Positions 61,927 through 64,000 of a stretch of DNA of 64,000 nucleotides are shown here, piece by piece; positions within the stretch are counted from its first letter, which is position 1; every line of letters starts with the position of its first letter. The position numbers and the translations under genes are program-made. The notes under the pieces are model-generated. The model worked only from the letters and a program-made list of their open reading frames with translations, searched no databases and was not told where the DNA came from. This DNA is from Scyliorhinus canicula (lineage: Eukaryota): positions 43,735,159 through 43,799,158 of the forward strand of contig NC_052158.1 of the NCBI RefSeq assembly GCF_902713615.1, given 5' to 3'.

Positions 61927-62635
61927 CAAATCACTCCCTGAGTCATCCTCCCTATGCACACAGCAGCACATCACACCGGAAACAAACCATTGACATGTAT
62001 ACATAGAAACATAAATAGAAAATAAAAGCAGGAGGAGGCCATTCAGCCCTTCGTGCTGCTCAACCATTCATTATGATCATGGCTGATCATCAAGTTCAAT
62101 ACCCTGATCTCCCCCTCCCCCCAGCCATGTGCCTTGATCATTGTCAGACCAATCAGCTCTCTGCACACGCTGGTAAGAAATCATTCATGTTGACGTGAGC
62201 GACAAATTCTCACGGTCATCAGACCTCCGCAGACACTAGCATACTCACACTGAGGATCACCTTCCCTTACGCTGAGATTTGTCTGTGTTGTTTACCCCCC
62301 AGTGCTCACACAGGGGAGCTGTTCTTCCAAAGCACTGTCTGTCTCAGCAGTGTCTGTCTCCAAAAACTCCCACATCAGTCCAATCATTTCAAGAAGGTCA
62401 ATTTAACCTTTTGACCAGATCTCCGAACATCATCAAAAGAAGACATCAGTGTGTGTAGAAGTTTCTGCACCAGTTTCACCTCAAATGGACAAGATTGCTC
62501 TGACTTTGTCTCTCTAAGCAGAAGACCCCCTGGGTGCAGGCTGAAAGCTGTCTCCAGAACTCAGAAAATATGTCCCAAGACAGCACAGCAAAGTCTGGAC
62601 TATGATTCATTTTCTATTTTAATTACTTCCTTTAG

Positions 62636-63739
62636 GTAAAGCTGACCCAAAGCGCCCAGGAGCGTTCATTGACTGGAGGGCGGGTTCCGTACATCAAGGA
62701 GCTGACGGAACAGGAGGAGTTCACGAGGAAGCTGTTTGATCTCTCCAACTCCACGATAGCCAATGGTGGATCAGATATGGGGATGAGCAAAGGTGATGTC
62801 AGCAGCGGAGTGTTTAAACCATCAGGAGGAGAGTTAGTTTATATGACAAAAGATGATAATTGTGATTTTCTTCCTCTGACAGATACACGAGTGTCCATGG
62901 ACACATCAAATGGTGATGGAGGAGAGTTGGCAGCAGCGACCGAGATTCCTGAAAGGGCTGATGAGGAAGGGACTGTGGTGAATACCTCACAGCGACGTGG
63001 CATGGCAGCTGCAGTGGAGGAGGGAGAGAAGTGTCAGGAGGGTAAGATGTCTGATTTGGAGGGTAGTGTTGGTGGGTTAAAATTAAATATGGTTTGTGTG
63101 AAGGAGGAGGCCTGTGATGACCTGGCTACTGTGGTGGAAGGAGGGCGCTCAGAACCTTCTGGAGGTGAGGAACCTATGGCTCTGGGAGCAGAAGCTCCAC
63201 TGTCTTCACAAGCACGTGGACAACATCAGGCCCATGCTGCTGATGAAGAAAATGAAGATAATCTGAAGCACCATGAGCACTTACATCAGGAACAGGTTCA
63301 AAGTACAGAGAGTTGTCAGGTCACTTCTAACTTGCTTCAGGAAACTTTGACTGAAATTAAGGTGGAGGTTAGACAGAATCTGCAAAGAAACAATGATATT
63401 CTTCAACAACATCTACAAAGAAACAATGAGATTCTTCAGCATCATCTACAAAGAAACAATGAGATTCTTCAACATCTACAAAGAAACAATGAGATTCTTC
63501 AGCAGCTCTTTGTTAGCTTCTGCAATGAAACTTTGAATGAAATTAGGCAGATCCTATCTCAGATTGTAGTGCCTGCACCTTCTGGCCAACAGCAGCCCAG
63601 TGCCGAGACATCTACTGCTGGACATGCCTCTGACACAGGAGAGGTCACGTCATGGGTCAGGGGAGACGTGGAAGATATTAGGCTGCCTCCCTCCAACACT
63701 GCCTCCTCAACACCATTATCTCTCCCCCCCAAGGGATAA
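62636..63739 (+). CDS. Terminal coding exon (367 aa) resembling the post-Myb part of a Harbinger Myb/SANT-like partner protein: KL.....E...TGG....K.LT..EE motif, acidic linker, coiled coil
   Basis: Acceptor ttacttcctttag| in phase 0 and an open frame to TAA at 63739. The paralog at 37884 reads KLAHN..TGG.VP.MKELTEQEE, typical of the end of Harbinger/NAIF1/MSANTD-type domains. Confidence 0.72.
   Translation, partial: VKLTQSAQERSLTGGRVPYIKELTEQEEFTRKLFDLSNSTIANGGSDMGMSKGDVSSGVFKPSGGELVYMTKDDNCDFLPLTDTRVSMDTSNGDGGELAAATEIPERADEEGTVVNTSQRRGMAAAVEEGEKCQEGKMSDLEGSVGGLKLNMVCVKEEACDDLATVVEGGRSEPSGGEEPMALGAEAPLSSQARGQHQAHAADEENEDNLKHHEHLHQEQVQSTESCQVTSNLLQETLTEIKVEVRQNLQRNNDILQQHLQRNNEILQHHLQRNNEILQHLQRNNEILQQLFVSFCNETLNEIRQILSQIVVPAPSGQQQPSAETSTAGHASDTGEVTSWVRGDVEDIRLPPSNTASSTPLSLPPKG
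63380..63508 (+). repeat. Coding tandem repeat, 4 units of 33/33/30/33 bp (LQRNNEILQHH)
   Basis: Direct inspection. Confidence 0.92.
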
Positions 63740-64000
63740 TTTTCTGTCTGGATATTTGCATGATGGAGAGCCTCTCCATCATCATGACAATGATGGACAA
63801 AGCCCGAATCCATGAGTCCTATTCCCCTGATCACAGCACCTCCCATTTTCATGGGATCAGGAATGGGCCGGGCCGAGATTTACACATTTCACAGAGGCAG
63901 CTGCCCATAGGAATGACCTGTGTGGGAGGTCTCTAAAAACCAAAGTGCACAAATTAGGTCTTAACTCCATTGATTTTTTTGGATAGATAGAGGAAAGATA

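Overview
Eukaryotic vertebrate DNA, most likely an elasmobranch (shark), inferred from abundant HE1/V-SINEs, CR1 LINEs, DeuSINEs and Penelope repeats. The backbone is a cluster of five paralogous C2H2 zinc-finger gene units with no visible KRAB, in alternating orientation: ZNF-1 + intact (14 fingers), ZNF-2 - pseudogene, ZNF-3 + intact (12 fingers), ZNF-4 - pseudogene, ZNF-5 + intact (6 fingers). They share 5' non-coding exons. Four share a 3' element, and ZNF143/Staf-type promoter motifs serve four of them. The units are heavily invaded by nested TEs: a full-length decayed Gypsy with LTRs, PBS, PPT and TSD, solo LTRs, a Gmr1-like Gypsy, a young CR1, an L1-clade LINE, Penelope, a hAT element and many SINEs. 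Most notable: (1) the cluster is interwoven with PIF/Harbinger sequence. A transposase relic lies downstream of ZNF-3, and Harbinger Myb/SANT-partner 'tail' exons lie downstream of ZNF-4 (dead) and ZNF-5 (intact 367-codon phase-0 exon that can splice in frame to the zinc fingers), which suggests a ZNF-Harbinger chimeric gene. (2) An LTR retrotransposon carries a captured, spliced ARMC2 mRNA fragment. (3) A palindromic bidirectional promoter lies between ZNF-2 and ZNF-3. All homology calls were made by eye from remembered consensus sequences, and no searches were run.
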